Translations under genes and position numbers: made by a program
The notes under the pieces: generated by a model
The model's input: only the letters and a program-made list of their open reading frames with translations
Databases searched by the model: none
What the model was told of the DNA's origin: nothing
Shown: positions 51,243 through 62,800 of the stretch, one piece after another
How the letters are laid out: the number at the start of each line of letters is the position of its first letter
Numbering within the stretch: the stretch's first letter is position 1
Assembly (NCBI RefSeq): GCF_000143415.4
Contig: NW_003314303.1
Location: forward strand, 1,518,676-1,582,675
Source of the DNA: Selaginella moellendorffii
Lineage: Eukaryota > Plantae > Lycopodiophyta
Reading direction: 5' to 3'
Length of the DNA: 64,000 bases

Positions 51243-51826
51243 CTAACATTTACCTTTCTTACATGGAGGCGGTGGAGGTGGTGGTGATCGTCTCGGCGGC
51301 GGGGGTGGCGGTGATCGTCTCGGCGGTGGGGGTGGCGGTGATCGTCTTGGCGGCGGGGGTGGCGGCGGCGGGGGTGGCAGTGATCGTCTTGGCGGTGGAG
51401 GTGGCGGTGATCGTCTAGGCGGTGGAGGTGGGGGTGATCGTCTAGGCGGCAAGTTGCAATCCACCAGAGGGAGAATTCCAAACGAGAGGACTGTTGATGG
51501 GCCACAAACAGTAGTGTTCTTGGTGAGAATTGTGGAACCGTTTATGGACATGGAACAGGCAGCTCCAAAGAATGTGATTCCAGGCTCCTCTGTGAAAATA
51601 AAGCTGCCCAAAACACAAATTTTTTTATCATCCATCTCACAAGAGAATACATTTGTTCTCACTTATATCCAAAGACAGGAAGAACAGGAAAGCACTGTGC
51701 TGGAGTTGAGAAATTTGTCAGCACTGTGGTGCATGTTGGGTCTCCATAGATTTCATACGTGCTAGCAGCAGCCAAACCAGTAGATATTGCAAGAAACAAG
51801 GTGATAAAAGTGCTCCATGTGGCCAT
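51243..51826 (-). CDS. Secreted Cys-rich protein with extensin-like (RRSPPPPPP)n tail; 2 exons
   Basis: Signal peptide MATWSTFITLFLAIS..; intron 51604-51662; 6-Cys domain followed by Ser-Pro repeats and CKKGKC. Confidence 0.8.
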
Positions 51827-52115
51827 CTCTTCTTTTCTACTCAATGCTAAGATTGAGGTCTTTTTAAGAGGTTTTTATAGCTGGAAACTTTGAGACTGGT
51901 CTAGCTACAAGCTTAATTTTTTCTTCTTGATTTGATGCTATGATGCACCTAGAACAAGCAACTAGTTGATTTGATTAAAAAACAATTATTGGTGATCACT
52001 TCCTTTCCACAAACAATCGTCAAGATTGTTGGTTAACCTTGCAAGATTGGATCTTATCATTTTGCGCATATATAAGTTTGCCAGAGCAGTGATCTTCATC
52101 TCATTGTCTTTAAAG

Positions 52116-52475
52116 ATGTCAAAGAGGTCTTCCCTGTTTCCAACGCTGCTCATGCTTGTAATCTTCTCATTTGGCTACATTGCAATGGTCAAGAGCGAGA
52201 GCTATTTCAAGATCTATCTAGCACCTGGAGCTTGTAACTTGGATCTAAACACCGCCACCAATTTCTCCCAGCCTGCACAGTGCTTCCCAGCACCACCAGC
52301 GTTTGGCTACAAGTTTATCTTTGACAAGGAGCCAGGGATCCTCTACTCCACACTGGCTTGCTCTTTTGGCAATGGAAGTAGCGTGCTCACACAAACCACA
52401 ACGGAATGTAATCCCATAGCAAACACCACCCTTGCATTTGGAATCATCCCACTCTCTAGCTGCAGAGCTGTGTAA
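52116..52475 (+). CDS. Small secreted Cys-rich protein, paralog of 51243-51826, intronless
   Basis: Signal peptide; shares TNFSxPAQCFPxxPxFGY-FIFxxEPGI and FGIxPLxxC with its neighbour. Confidence 0.8.
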   Translation: MSKRSSLFPTLLMLVIFSFGYIAMVKSESYFKIYLAPGACNLDLNTATNFSQPAQCFPAPPAFGYKFIFDKEPGILYSTLACSFGNGSSVLTQTTTECNPIANTTLAFGIIPLSSCRAV

Positions 52476-53318
52476 GTGTTCTCATCATAAAGTATCAACG
52501 AATAAAAGCTTTAGAAAACCACTCCAAGAGATTTACAAGAGAAATCAGTGTGTGCTCTACCAAGAAATCAAAGCTTGTGAAGATTGTTTGGGAAAGAAAT
52601 CTACAAAGAGTAAAATGAGTTTTGTGCCAAGAGTAACTTCCTTCTTTTTCTTCTTGGATTCGTTGATATGAAAGGTGCAATGCTTGGTGCGTGAAAGCTT
52701 GTGCTTTAATTCAAACAAAAGGCAGCCAGAGCGATCGGGTACGTTCCAATCCAAGATTCCAGAGATTCCCTTTGGCCGATCCTCTCTCCAGATGGATGAT
52801 ATTTTGTACCATCTTTAATGGCGATGATCTTGTGAGAGCCAAGGACAAAGCGACTGGCGCTCTTCATGTCTTCCTCATGCCCCCACCACACGCCTGCCAG
52901 CCACCAAGCATTCCAAGTGTGTGCTGATGGCCCTCCAAGATTCCGGGCTCTAGAAGTACTTCCATTCACTTGCTCACTCCCAAAATTCTCGACTTGGGCG
53001 ATCTCTCGGCGATCCGGCAAGAGCCCACTACGCATTCCCGCCTCCCTCGACGTGGGCTCGATCGATTCCATCGCAGTTTTGCTTCCTGGCAGCAATTCTG
53101 GAGCTAATACGTGCAAAGAGTGGCAAGAAAAGCTAGCTCGATTGCGGCGCTTGGGCGCCCTCTTCCGGCGATTCTGGGAGAAACCCACGTCGCATTCCCG
53201 CCGATCCCGACGTGGGTCGGATCGATCCCATCGATTCCTCTTCGATCGACTCGGTCAAATGCCAAGAATATAGGAGGTGCTCGATTGGGCCTCCAATTCC
53301 GGATCTAGGGCGGGCGCG

Positions 53319-56300
53319 ATGGGCGACCAGATCCGCGATGACGACGGCAAGCCGCTGGGATGGAGCATTCCCGCGCACCCGGACGAGGGAGACGGCGCGA
53401 TCAACTCCCGGGCAGTGCGATTCAAGGACGCGGGCACCAGCGATGGCGAATTCGAGGTAAAGCACGAGAATGTGGAGCAGCACCAGCAAGAACAGCAACG
53501 CCCACCCGCCGGCGGTGGCGATCACTTCGCCTCCTTCCCTTCCAGCGATCTGGGCAAGATGGAGGACGTCTCCTTGGGCGCCAGCTCCCCGAAGGTCTGC
53601 CTCCTCTACGGCACGGTGGAGCTGGAGATCATCGAGGCCAAGTCGCTGCCCAACATGGATTGGTTCTCGGAGAGGGCCAGCCAGTGCTTCTCCATCCTGG
53701 GCGGCCTCCAGACAATGTGTGCCAAGCCCAAGGACAAGCTCGCCCACCATCGCCACAAGATCACGAGCGATCCATACGTGGTTTTCAGCCTGGGCGACGC
53801 CATCCTCGCCAAGACCAAGGTGATCAGCAACAGCCAAATTCCACACTGGGGCGAGCGCTTCCAGCTCCACGTCGCTCACTCGGTCCCCGAGGTGTTGCTC
53901 ACGGTCAAAGACAACGATGTGTTTGGCGCGCAAGTGATCGGCGGCGTCAAGATCCCGGCTCACCGCATCGCCAGCGGCCCCGCGATCGTGGAGACGTGGT
54001 TTGACGTCGTTGGATCGGGTGGCAAGCCTGTGAAGCAAGGCGCGCAGCTCAAGATCTCGATCAAGTATACTCCAGTGGAGCAAGACAAGAACTACCAGCA
54101 CGGAGTTGGAGCCGAGGGCGCGGTTCCTCGGACTTACTTCCCGCTTCGCAAGGGCTGCTCGGTCAAGCTCTACCAGGACGCGCACTGCCCGGACGGTGGT
54201 CTTCCGGAGATCACGCTCGAGGGTGGCGGAGCTTACGAGCATGGCAAGTGCTGGGAGGATATCTGCCAGGCCATTCTCGAGGCTCACCACCTTGTGTATA
54301 TCGCGGGCTGGTCGGTCTTCCACAAGGTGAAGATCGTCCGGGAGCCTGAGAATCACAAGAAGTTTAGCAATGACATCGCGAATCTCACACTCGGGGAGCT
54401 GCTCAAGAGGAAGGCCGCCGAGGGAGTTCGCGTGTTGCTGCTGGTGTGGGACGATAAGACCTCGCATCACACTCCGTTGTTCACGACGGTAAGAAAGAAA
54501 AATCTCTTTTTTTTCTCTTTGTTCTTGCGAGATTGCTGGAAGTTAACGTCGCTGTGAGTTGCAGGAAGGAGTGATGGGTACCTATGACGAGGAGACGAAG
54601 AAGTTCTTCCGGCACTCGGCGGTGCGATGCGTGCTCTCCCCTCGCTATGGCGATTCCAAAATGAGTTGGCTCAAGCAAAGGGTGAGACTTCGCGGCTTTT
54701 GTCTTTTTCTTTCCTTTTGACTCTTCGTCTCGATCTTTTCCCAGGTTGTCGGAACGTTCTACACGCACCACCAAAAGCTCGTTATTGTCGACAGCCAAGG
54801 ACGAGGAAACAATCGTAAGCTTACGTCTTTCATAGGTGGGCTGGACCTCGCGCAAGGACGATACGACACGCCTGAGCATCCGTTGTTCAAAACGCTTGGC
54901 AGCATCCACAGGGACGACTACCACAACCCGACTTTCACTGTAAGCAAAAGAACACATCCTTCTTTACAGTAGTGTTAGCAGAAAAGCATACTTTTTTTGC
55001 TTCTTTGTTGCTCGATGCTTACGTTGGTTGAGCTGGAAAACCAGGGAACGATCGATCATGGTGGTCCAAGGCAGCCGTGGCACGACCTCCACTGCCGGAT
55101 AGACGGCCCGGCAGCGTACGACGTGCTCACAAACTTTGCTCAGCGCTGGAGAAAGGCCGCGACATGGCACGAGGATGCTATGATCGAGATCGACAGGATT
55201 TCCTGGATTCTCAGCCCAAACGATGGCGACCAGGCCTTGATGGTCACGGAGCTGAACGATCCTGAAACATGGAACGTCCAGGTAAGTGACAAAGAGAAGG
55301 CTTTAGAGAAAGAACGAACTTACACGTCGTGTGATGCAGGTCTTTCGCTCCATCGACTCTGGATCCGTGAAAGGATTTCCCAAAGAACCAGCAGACTGCC
55401 AGAAGCAAAACTTGGTGACGCTCAAAAACGTTGCCATCGACACGAGCATCCACACGGCGTACGTGGAGCGCATTCGCTCGGCCCAGCACTTTATCTACAT
55501 CGAGAACCAGTACTTCCTGGGCTCGTCGTATGCCTGGCCAGACTATAAGAAGGGTGGCGCGACTCATATGATCCCCATGGAGCTCGCTCTCAAGGTGGCC
55601 TCCAAGATCAGAAGTGGCGACCCGTTCGCCGTCTATGTTGTCATTCCAATGTGGCCGGAGGGCGTCCCTGACAGTGCCACCGTCCAGGAAATCCTCTACT
55701 TCCAGGTAAAACAATCCCATTCTCGAGTGTTCTTCACGTTGTCACTGACTTGGATGCTGGATCAGAGCCAAACGATGAAGATGATGTACAAGATCATCGC
55801 ACAGGCCTTGAACGAAGTTGGCAGTGGCAACCATCCCACGGACTATCTCAACTTCTACTGCCTTGCAAACCGGGAGGAGCGAAGCGAACCAGGAACCATG
55901 GCACCAGCCGAGAAATCCACACAGGTAACACTTCTTTCTTCCCCGAAAAACTCTTGAGAACTTTGCGCCTCCTCGTCCAGTGGTACGCTCAAAAGTACAA
56001 GCGCTTCATGATCTACATCCACTCCAAAGGAATGATCGTCGACGACGAGTACGTGATCATCGGCTCGGCCAACATCAACCAGCGTTCCATGGACGGTTCC
56101 AGGGACACCGAGCTTGCCATGGGAGCTTATCAGCCCCACTATACTTGGGCTCACAAGAAACACTCCCATCCTTTCGGCCAGGTAGCTTTGAAGTTCTTTC
56201 TCATTGCTTGCTTGTCACTGCAACGCTCCCTGTTCCTCCTGTTCTTCTTGTATTCTCTGTCCAGGTTTATGGATACCGAGCTTCTCTCTGGGCCGAGCAC

Positions 56301-56564
56301 CTCGGAGACTTCGATCCAGCTTTGTTCAACGATCCCTCTGATATAAGATGCGTCCACAAAGTGAACGAGATTGCTCAAGGTAACTGGAAGCAGTTTGTGT
56401 CCGAGGAGCCGTCCGACATGAAGGGCCACCTTATGAGCTATCCCATGAGCGTCCAGGTGAACGGCGAGATCAAGCCCATCGCCGGCAACGAGAGCTTTCC
56501 CGACGTTGCTGGTCAAGTTCTCGGCCAGCACTCCATCAACTTGCCCGACAACTTGACTGGATGA
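53319..56564 (+). CDS. PLD: C2-type phospholipase D (beta/gamma/delta group), multi-exon
   Basis: C2 domain (LPNMD..ITSDPYV), HHQKLVIVD and [12 protein letters not shown] motifs, [25 protein letters not shown]-terminal LPDNLT. Confidence 0.96.
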
Positions 56565-56695
56565 GAAACTGGTCTCAAATGTGAAACATTTTTGTGAATA
56601 GCTTGTACCGTTCGACGACTTCTTTTGATTTCTTTCCTGTACTGAAATGTTGCACAGCTGCCATGTCATACAAATACACAACTTTAGAAAACGTC

Positions 56696-57578
56696 TCACG
56701 ACTTGGCCGTTGATGTGATCTCAGGAACTACTCCAGCGCAGTCGTCGCTGCTTCCGGAATCTCTACTTTTCGTGCTCTGGATGGAGCACACAAGATAGAA
56801 ACTCGTAAGACTTACGCAAAAACTAGCGGGCTTACCTTTGCCGGTTGGCCTTGCAAATGCAAAGGCCTGGAGTTAAGATCAATCATGTGCGTGTCGCCCT
56901 TGGATTGATCGGCATCGCCGACGGCTATAGCAACGGCGGGAGCATCACTGTTGTTTGATTTCGTCAACGCGATCCTCTTAGTCGGGTGGTAATGGTTTTG
57001 TCCGCGGTGATCGTTTGATTGTACACCAGCATCTTCAGGCTGAGATTTACAAGTAGCAAGCTGTAAGAAACTGTCAAACAACTACCGCGAAGCTAAAAGT
57101 CCGGTGATTACCTCCACCCTCTGTCCCAGCATGAGGTATCTTTCGTGCGTTTTCTTCCCTCCGGTATGTACATCCATGTCGCATTGCAAGCACAGTGACG
57201 TTCCATCAATGCCACAGTAGAAAAAAGCTACGAGCCAAGTCACTTTAGCCAGAAACAAAAGGCAAAACCCCAAAGAAAAAACGAAAAAGTGAGGCTTTCG
57301 ATGACTTTACCAGGAGCGCTCTCGCAGATATCACACCGAGGCACCGCTCGTGCCTCCGCGAGCTGCAAACGAACGTGGCGGCTAGCTAGCTTGTTACATC
57401 CGTGCACCTGAAAGAAAGAAACCAAGAGATTAGTTTCTTCCAATCGCGAGAGTGAGCGAGGAAAGCAAGAAAGAAAAAGAGGCACCTTTTCATCGCACTT
57501 GGAGCACAGCGCAGCCTCGTCTGCCGCACAAAAGAGCCTGGCTGGAGCTGATTCGCAGACATCGCACAAGGTCCGCAT
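56696..57578 (-). CDS. Double B-box zinc finger protein (BBX18/19-like), multi-exon
   Basis: [28 protein letters not shown]; [26 protein letters not shown]; MIDLN motif. Confidence 0.92.
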
Positions 57579-58047
57579 TATTCTTCTACAGCTCTCTAGC
57601 CGCGAGAATCCACTCAATCTCAATGGATTCTCGCTACATTCTTGCGGCAAATCAAAATCCCTGCCATTCTTCACAGCGTTTCTAGCTCGCGGTAGCGCTC
57701 CTCGTCGCCACGATCTCGACCTGGAAATGGTAATGCCGCGAAGAGCATCGATCGATCGTACCTCGCAGCGCTTGCCCGGATCTCCAAACCCTACTCTTTG
57801 TTACTCGCGAAACTTTATTTACCGCCTAATCTCCCCAGGCTGCTTTTCGGCCACCAGTATAGGTCCCACGTGGGCATCGCGAATCTGTGGTCACGGACCC
57901 GCCAAGTGGCAGCTGACGTAGGCATAAAATGTAGGTATCTTTGCTCTTATCCATTGATTTGAAACGGATATCTTTTACCCTTAAGCGATTCTCCACCTGA
58001 CACGTGGACGGTTAGGGTATACTAGGGTTCTGGGTTTTAGGGCGGGG

Positions 58048-60054
58048 ATGAGAGCTCGCGGGAGGATATGGAGGTTCTACGCCTCCCAGGCGGGAATGGC
58101 GCCGCACAGGTCGAAAGATCCAGTGCCAGTGCTTGGTCCGCCTGCTCTAGGCAAGCAAAAGATTCTAGATCTTCTCAAGTTTCGGCCGATCGATTTTGCG
58201 GAGATCCAGAAATCGCTCCGGGAGAATGCCGAGGAGGCGGCCAAGGTCAAGAATGGCGAGAACAAGGTGGAATTCAGTGGCCGGAGCTTGCTGGGGACGC
58301 TCTCCCGCGACGCCGGGATCATCAAGGATGGAATGCGGGTGTCGAGCGCCATCGCCGAGAGGAGCGATGGCGATTTCGTCTACTTGCTGGTGAGTAACTT
58401 CGCGCTGTCATCGACCACGGTGGAGGAGGTGAGGATGCATTTCCCCAAGGGCGCCAGAGTGAAGATCAAGCACCCGCGAGCGCTGTGCACGGCCAAAGGG
58501 AGAGTGATCATCGAGATCCACAACCCCATGTACATCGACTTCTTGGGGATCGAAGTTCCAGATGGTCTCACCGTGGAGAAGATCTGGGAAGAAGCGTCGG
58601 CTGCTCTAGAGAAGAAGGATTACGTCCGAGCGATCCACCTCCTCACGAGGTGTATCGACGAGGAGGGATACAAGAACAAGGTGGAAGCTCTTTCCAAGCG
58701 CTGCCAGGCATGGCTGGGATTAAACTGCTACGAGAGAGCGTTCGAAGACGCCAAGCGAGCACACGTCGTGGATTCCACTCACAGGCACACGTACCTCCTC
58801 AAAGGCCAACTTTTTCTCGGCCTCCAGAAGTTCCGAGCAGCGCTGGACAGCTTCTACCGATCGGGCCTCGCGGATGACGACACCATGAAGCGGTGTGCTC
58901 GGTTGATCGAGCAGCGAGACACTGGCAACTACGAGCTGCGAGAGTTCATCCTCGGCAAGAGCAAAGCTCCCGAAGTTGGCGACTATCTCGGCCCCGTGAG
59001 GATGGGAATGGCGGCCGACGAGGAGAAAGGCCGGGGCTTGTTCGCGACCGAGGAGATCAAAGCCGGGCAGCTTCTGCTCGTCTGGAACGCGGCGGCAGTG
59101 GCACCGCGGGAGGATTTGCCGGCAAAGTTGATGAGGAAGTGCTTGACGTCGAGGAAGAGCTTGTTCCAGTTCTTGGGACTAGACAGCGAGCTGGCGATGG
59201 AGATGGGATTGTTCAAGCCGACAAACGTTCTCATCCACGACCAGCAGCAAGACTACATCTGGTTCGACGCCGTGCCCGCCATTGCCAAGCTTTGCTCGAG
59301 CTACGCCTTCCAGATCGAGGACAAGCCCGAGAGTCCGATGGGACTGTGGACACTCCCGGCGCTCATCAACCATTCCTGCGTCCCTAACGTGTCGCAGCAG
59401 ATGGTTGGAACCGCGCTGTTCGTGAGAGCCGCCAGGAACATCCGAGCCGAGGAAGAACTCACGCTCCCTTACATGGACGTGAAGAAGCCGCTGGACGAGC
59501 GCATGTACTGGACGGACAGCCGCTGGGGATTCACTTGCAAGTGTCTCCGGTGTCGGGTGGAAGCTCGGCTGCACGCTCAGAGGCCGGAGTTCCCGTGCTT
59601 CCACGCAAGAATGAGAGAAGCAGCCAAGAGGAAAGATCGAGCGGAGGCTCTGGAGGAGCTGCGAAGGATTGCAGTGGAAGTGGAGGATCAAATCGCCACC
59701 TTGGCTTCTCCGGTGGAGAGAGACTGGGTGAGAACGTCGTACTACTTGGCTTACAGGGCCGGTCTTCTCGAGAGATCGTCGGACAGTCCGGCGAAGTTGA
59801 GCTCGCGAGTGAGCGCGTACCAGATGATGGCCGCGTTGCATGCGACGTGTCCCGGGTATGGGATTGTCCGGGAGATGGTTGCTCTCGCCAAGAGCGCGCT
59901 GCCATCGCCGGGCATGGAAGCCATCTCGGAGAAGTCGCGATTGCTCATCGAGAAAGAGTTCCTTTGCGTGCTCGGGGAGCAAAAGCGCGAGTTTTTGGAC
60001 GTGTTCGTGGACGAGCTCCTCAAGGGGGCCGACTTTGACATCCTGAGAACCTGA
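58048..60054 (+). CDS. TPR + SET domain protein (SMYD-like), intronless
   Basis: TPR helices, KGRGLFATEEIKAGQLL, INHSCVPN, ELTLPY, post-SET WGFTCKCLRC. Confidence 0.88.
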   Translation: MRARGRIWRFYASQAGMAPHRSKDPVPVLGPPALGKQKILDLLKFRPIDFAEIQKSLRENAEEAAKVKNGENKVEFSGRSLLGTLSRDAGIIKDGMRVSSAIAERSDGDFVYLLVSNFALSSTTVEEVRMHFPKGARVKIKHPRALCTAKGRVIIEIHNPMYIDFLGIEVPDGLTVEKIWEEASAALEKKDYVRAIHLLTRCIDEEGYKNKVEALSKRCQAWLGLNCYERAFEDAKRAHVVDSTHRHTYLLKGQLFLGLQKFRAALDSFYRSGLADDDTMKRCARLIEQRDTGNYELREFILGKSKAPEVGDYLGPVRMGMAADEEKGRGLFATEEIKAGQLLLVWNAAAVAPREDLPAKLMRKCLTSRKSLFQFLGLDSELAMEMGLFKPTNVLIHDQQQDYIWFDAVPAIAKLCSSYAFQIEDKPESPMGLWTLPALINHSCVPNVSQQMVGTALFVRAARNIRAEEELTLPYMDVKKPLDERMYWTDSRWGFTCKCLRCRVEARLHAQRPEFPCFHARMREAAKRKDRAEALEELRRIAVEVEDQIATLASPVERDWVRTSYYLAYRAGLLERSSDSPAKLSSRVSAYQMMAALHATCPGYGIVREMVALAKSALPSPGMEAISEKSRLLIEKEFLCVLGEQKREFLDVFVDELLKGADFDILRT

Positions 60055-60252
60055 GAAACAACTGTTCACAGAATCCCGAGAACTTTGGAAGAAAGAACCT
60101 TCCCGTAAAGGAATGTCCGAGAACAACAGCGCGATTTGAGAAGACAAGGCAAGAGAATCTCGGAGAAAACCGCGAGATGAATGAGAATTTGACAAACCCA
60201 AGTTCCTGGAAAGGAGCCGAGCTTGACAATTCTACAAGAACTTGGACAAACG

Positions 60253-60580
60253 AGGAAGAAAAAAGCGATTTTGACATAAATTTGGTGGAAGATTTTACAC
60301 TGGGCTGCCGTGGACGGCTCTCCAATCTACTCGAGCAGCAATAGCAGCAGTAACAACGAATCTCAAACTCGTATGACCGTAGCGAGCGGCGAGAGATAGA
60401 ACACAGACTTTAGAACCAAATTCTAGGAAGAAAAAAGCGATTTTGATATAAATTTCGTGGAAGATTTTACACTACGGCTCTCCAATCTACTCGAGCAGCA
60501 ACAGCAGCAGTAACAACGAATCTCAAACTCGTATGAGCGTAGCGAGCGGCGAGAGATAGAACACAAACTTTAGAACCAAA
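60253..60580. repeat. Tandem direct duplication of ~160 bp between convergent genes
   Basis: 60253-60420 is repeated at 60425-60580 with a small indel. Confidence 0.85.
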
Positions 60581-60609
60581 CCAAAGTCAAAGATCACTCC
60601 AGCCTCGAT

Positions 60610-61005
60610 TCACTTGCCTTCCTCGCTTGCCTTGGCCACCACCACACCACTGGAAATCACCGCGGACGAGACCCGGCACACCACCATCTCGTGCTGCTGC
60701 TCGATCAAAGTCTCGGTTTTGGCGATGGTGGCGGCGGCGATGGCCGTCCCGGACGATGCTGGGCGAGGAGGAGGAGCCGTGGAGGTCGAGGAGGAGGAGG
60801 GCGATGGGTGTGGCGGCCGCGGTGGGCTGAGAGGCTTGGGGAAGTGGAGATGGTTGAAGACGCTGAAATCGTCGTAGCAATTGGTGGCGGTGGCGGTGGC
60901 GGTGGGCGGCTTGGCGGCGCTCCTCCTCGTCGGGCTCGTCTTGTAGAATGGATCATAGAAAGTGTTCCTGTTGTTACTTCCCCCCTGTGACATTGCTACT
61001 GCCAT
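60610..61005 (-). CDS. Hypothetical low-complexity 131-aa protein
   Basis: ATG-initiated GC-rich ORF with a GA-rich leader, divergent from the cyclophilin; no recognisable domain. Confidence 0.45.
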   Translation of the reverse strand: MAVAMSQGGSNNRNTFYDPFYKTSPTRRSAAKPPTATATATNCYDDFSVFNHLHFPKPLSPPRPPHPSPSSSSTSTAPPPRPASSGTAIAAATIAKTETLIEQQHEMVVCRVSSAVISSGVVVAKASEEGK

Positions 61006-61460
61006 GATCTTGCTCCAAGCGCTCGGCTCTCCTCTTCCCCTCTTTCTCCTCTCTAGAAATTCTCAACGCCCTTTGCCCTGTCGATCGAAAGCTCTGGAAC
61101 CAATCCAATCCGATGATCTGTCGCGAAAGCGCGATCGATCGCGCCGAGGGGCGCGAGCGCTGCGATTCCCGGCAACCACCCTGGTGGATCGATCCAGCCA
61201 GGAGTTCTTTCCAGGCGCTTGGACGACAGAGATCTCCCCGTTAAATGCGAAGACGGCCCTTCCAAACGGTGCACGAAAGCATCTCTGGGGGGAGGTTCGC
61301 ATATCCTTACCGTGCACGTGGCGCGCATCCGGCCGTCTACAGTATGCTCGCGTGGTGGGCAATGATTTGCCAGGCCGTCCACGTGGCGCGTTGTTATTGG
61401 TTACAGACGTGGCTGGAGCTCTTTTAGGGCTCTACCGCTAGGTCGGAGGGCTTTCCGGCG

Positions 61461-62075
61461 ATGGAGGCTCTCAAGATCGTGTCGCTGGCGCTCGCATTGT
61501 CGGCGCTGTGGATCTCCCCCGCCGCCGCGAAGAAGCAGGAGAAGAATCTCGAGGAGATCACGCACAAGGTGTTCTTCGATGTGGAGATCGGCGGCAAGCC
61601 GGCGGGGCGCGTCGTCATGGGGCTCTACGGCAAGGCGGTGCCCAAGACAGCGGAGAATTTCCGGGCGCTGTGCACGGGCGAGAAAGGTACTGGATCGCAG
61701 GGCAAGGCGCTCCACTTCAAGGGCTCCGCGTTCCATCGGATCATCCCCAGCTTCATGATCCAGGGGGGCGATTTCACGCACGGCAATGGCATGGGCGGGG
61801 AGTCGATCTACGGCACCAAGTTCGCGGACGAGAATTTCAAGCTCAAGCACACGGGGCCGGGGGTTCTGTCCATGGCCAACGCCGGATCCAACACGAATGG
61901 ATCCCAGTTCTTCATCACCACCGTCAAGACGAGCTGGCTCGACGGCAAGCACGTCGTGTTTGGCAAGGTGATTAGCGGCATGGACATTGTCTACAAGGTC
62001 GAGGCGGAGGGGTCGCAAAGCGGCGCCCCCAAATCCAAAGTCACCATAGCCGACAGTGGCGAGCTTCCACTGTGA
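61461..62075 (+). CDS. Secretory-pathway cyclophilin (peptidyl-prolyl isomerase, CYP20-1/CYP19-4-like), intronless
   Basis: Signal peptide; [45 protein letters not shown]. Confidence 0.96.
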   Translation: MEALKIVSLALALSALWISPAAAKKQEKNLEEITHKVFFDVEIGGKPAGRVVMGLYGKAVPKTAENFRALCTGEKGTGSQGKALHFKGSAFHRIIPSFMIQGGDFTHGNGMGGESIYGTKFADENFKLKHTGPGVLSMANAGSNTNGSQFFITTVKTSWLDGKHVVFGKVISGMDIVYKVEAEGSQSGAPKSKVTIADSGELPL

Positions 62076-62674
62076 TAAGCTCTTCTCTTCTTTGATATAA
62101 AAATTGGGAATCATCCCTCGAATGTTTTGTAAGATTTATTAGTAACTATTAATTCATGTTTAACATTTTAAGTTGTGTTTACAGTCTGGTGTCATGGATG
62201 AGTCTGAGGCCTTGTATAAACAACGGTATGCAGGAATGAATGAGTATGAGGTGAATTGCTAAAATACTTATGATCCTAGATAACATAATTTTGCTCAGGA
62301 CATCCATTCGCATGTGAAAAATGTGCTCTTGGCCTCAGTACACCCAAAGCCATGCAAAAATTGTGCTTCAAGATCCATGTGAAAAATGTCACACTTTTAA
62401 CACTTTCAATGAGCTAGAATTTAAAAAGAAAGTATGCACCACTTTTGCGACACTCAAAAAAGCCAGATTATGCAAATACCAATCTCATTTGTTTTCAAAC
62501 TTCAAGCCGTCCACACATACAGAAGACTTCCCACCATCTGGCAATAAGGAATGTGATGCATCTGTTGTTCCTCAGGTGTCTGAGTGTCTTGTGTCTTGCT
62601 GAGATGGAGCACAACTTCCATAGGGGTAGCAGCCTTGTTCAGCTCAACTAACCAAACTTAGCTAGGATCTCTCC

Positions 62675-62800
62675 CCTTTCTCTGCTGGGAGAGCGGAATT
62701 GAGCTGTGCTGCCTATCTTGCCAGATCTCGATGCCTAAGCAAAAATGAGCAGGGCCGAGATCCACCATCTTGAAGCATGGTTGGAGCTCACACTTAGCAT
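62675..62800 (-). mobile_element. Ty1/copia reverse transcriptase fragment
   Basis: FKMVDLGPAHFCLGIEIWQDR..LSQ matches the copia RT segment F.M.DLG....LG.EI.RD.....LSQ. Confidence 0.7.

Noticed and set aside
53133-54470. 445-aa antisense ORF, and similar antisense ORFs over OSCA, EIL, SET and cyclophilin
   Set aside because: Shadow ORFs caused by high GC3 codon bias on the sense strand; no recognisable motifs.
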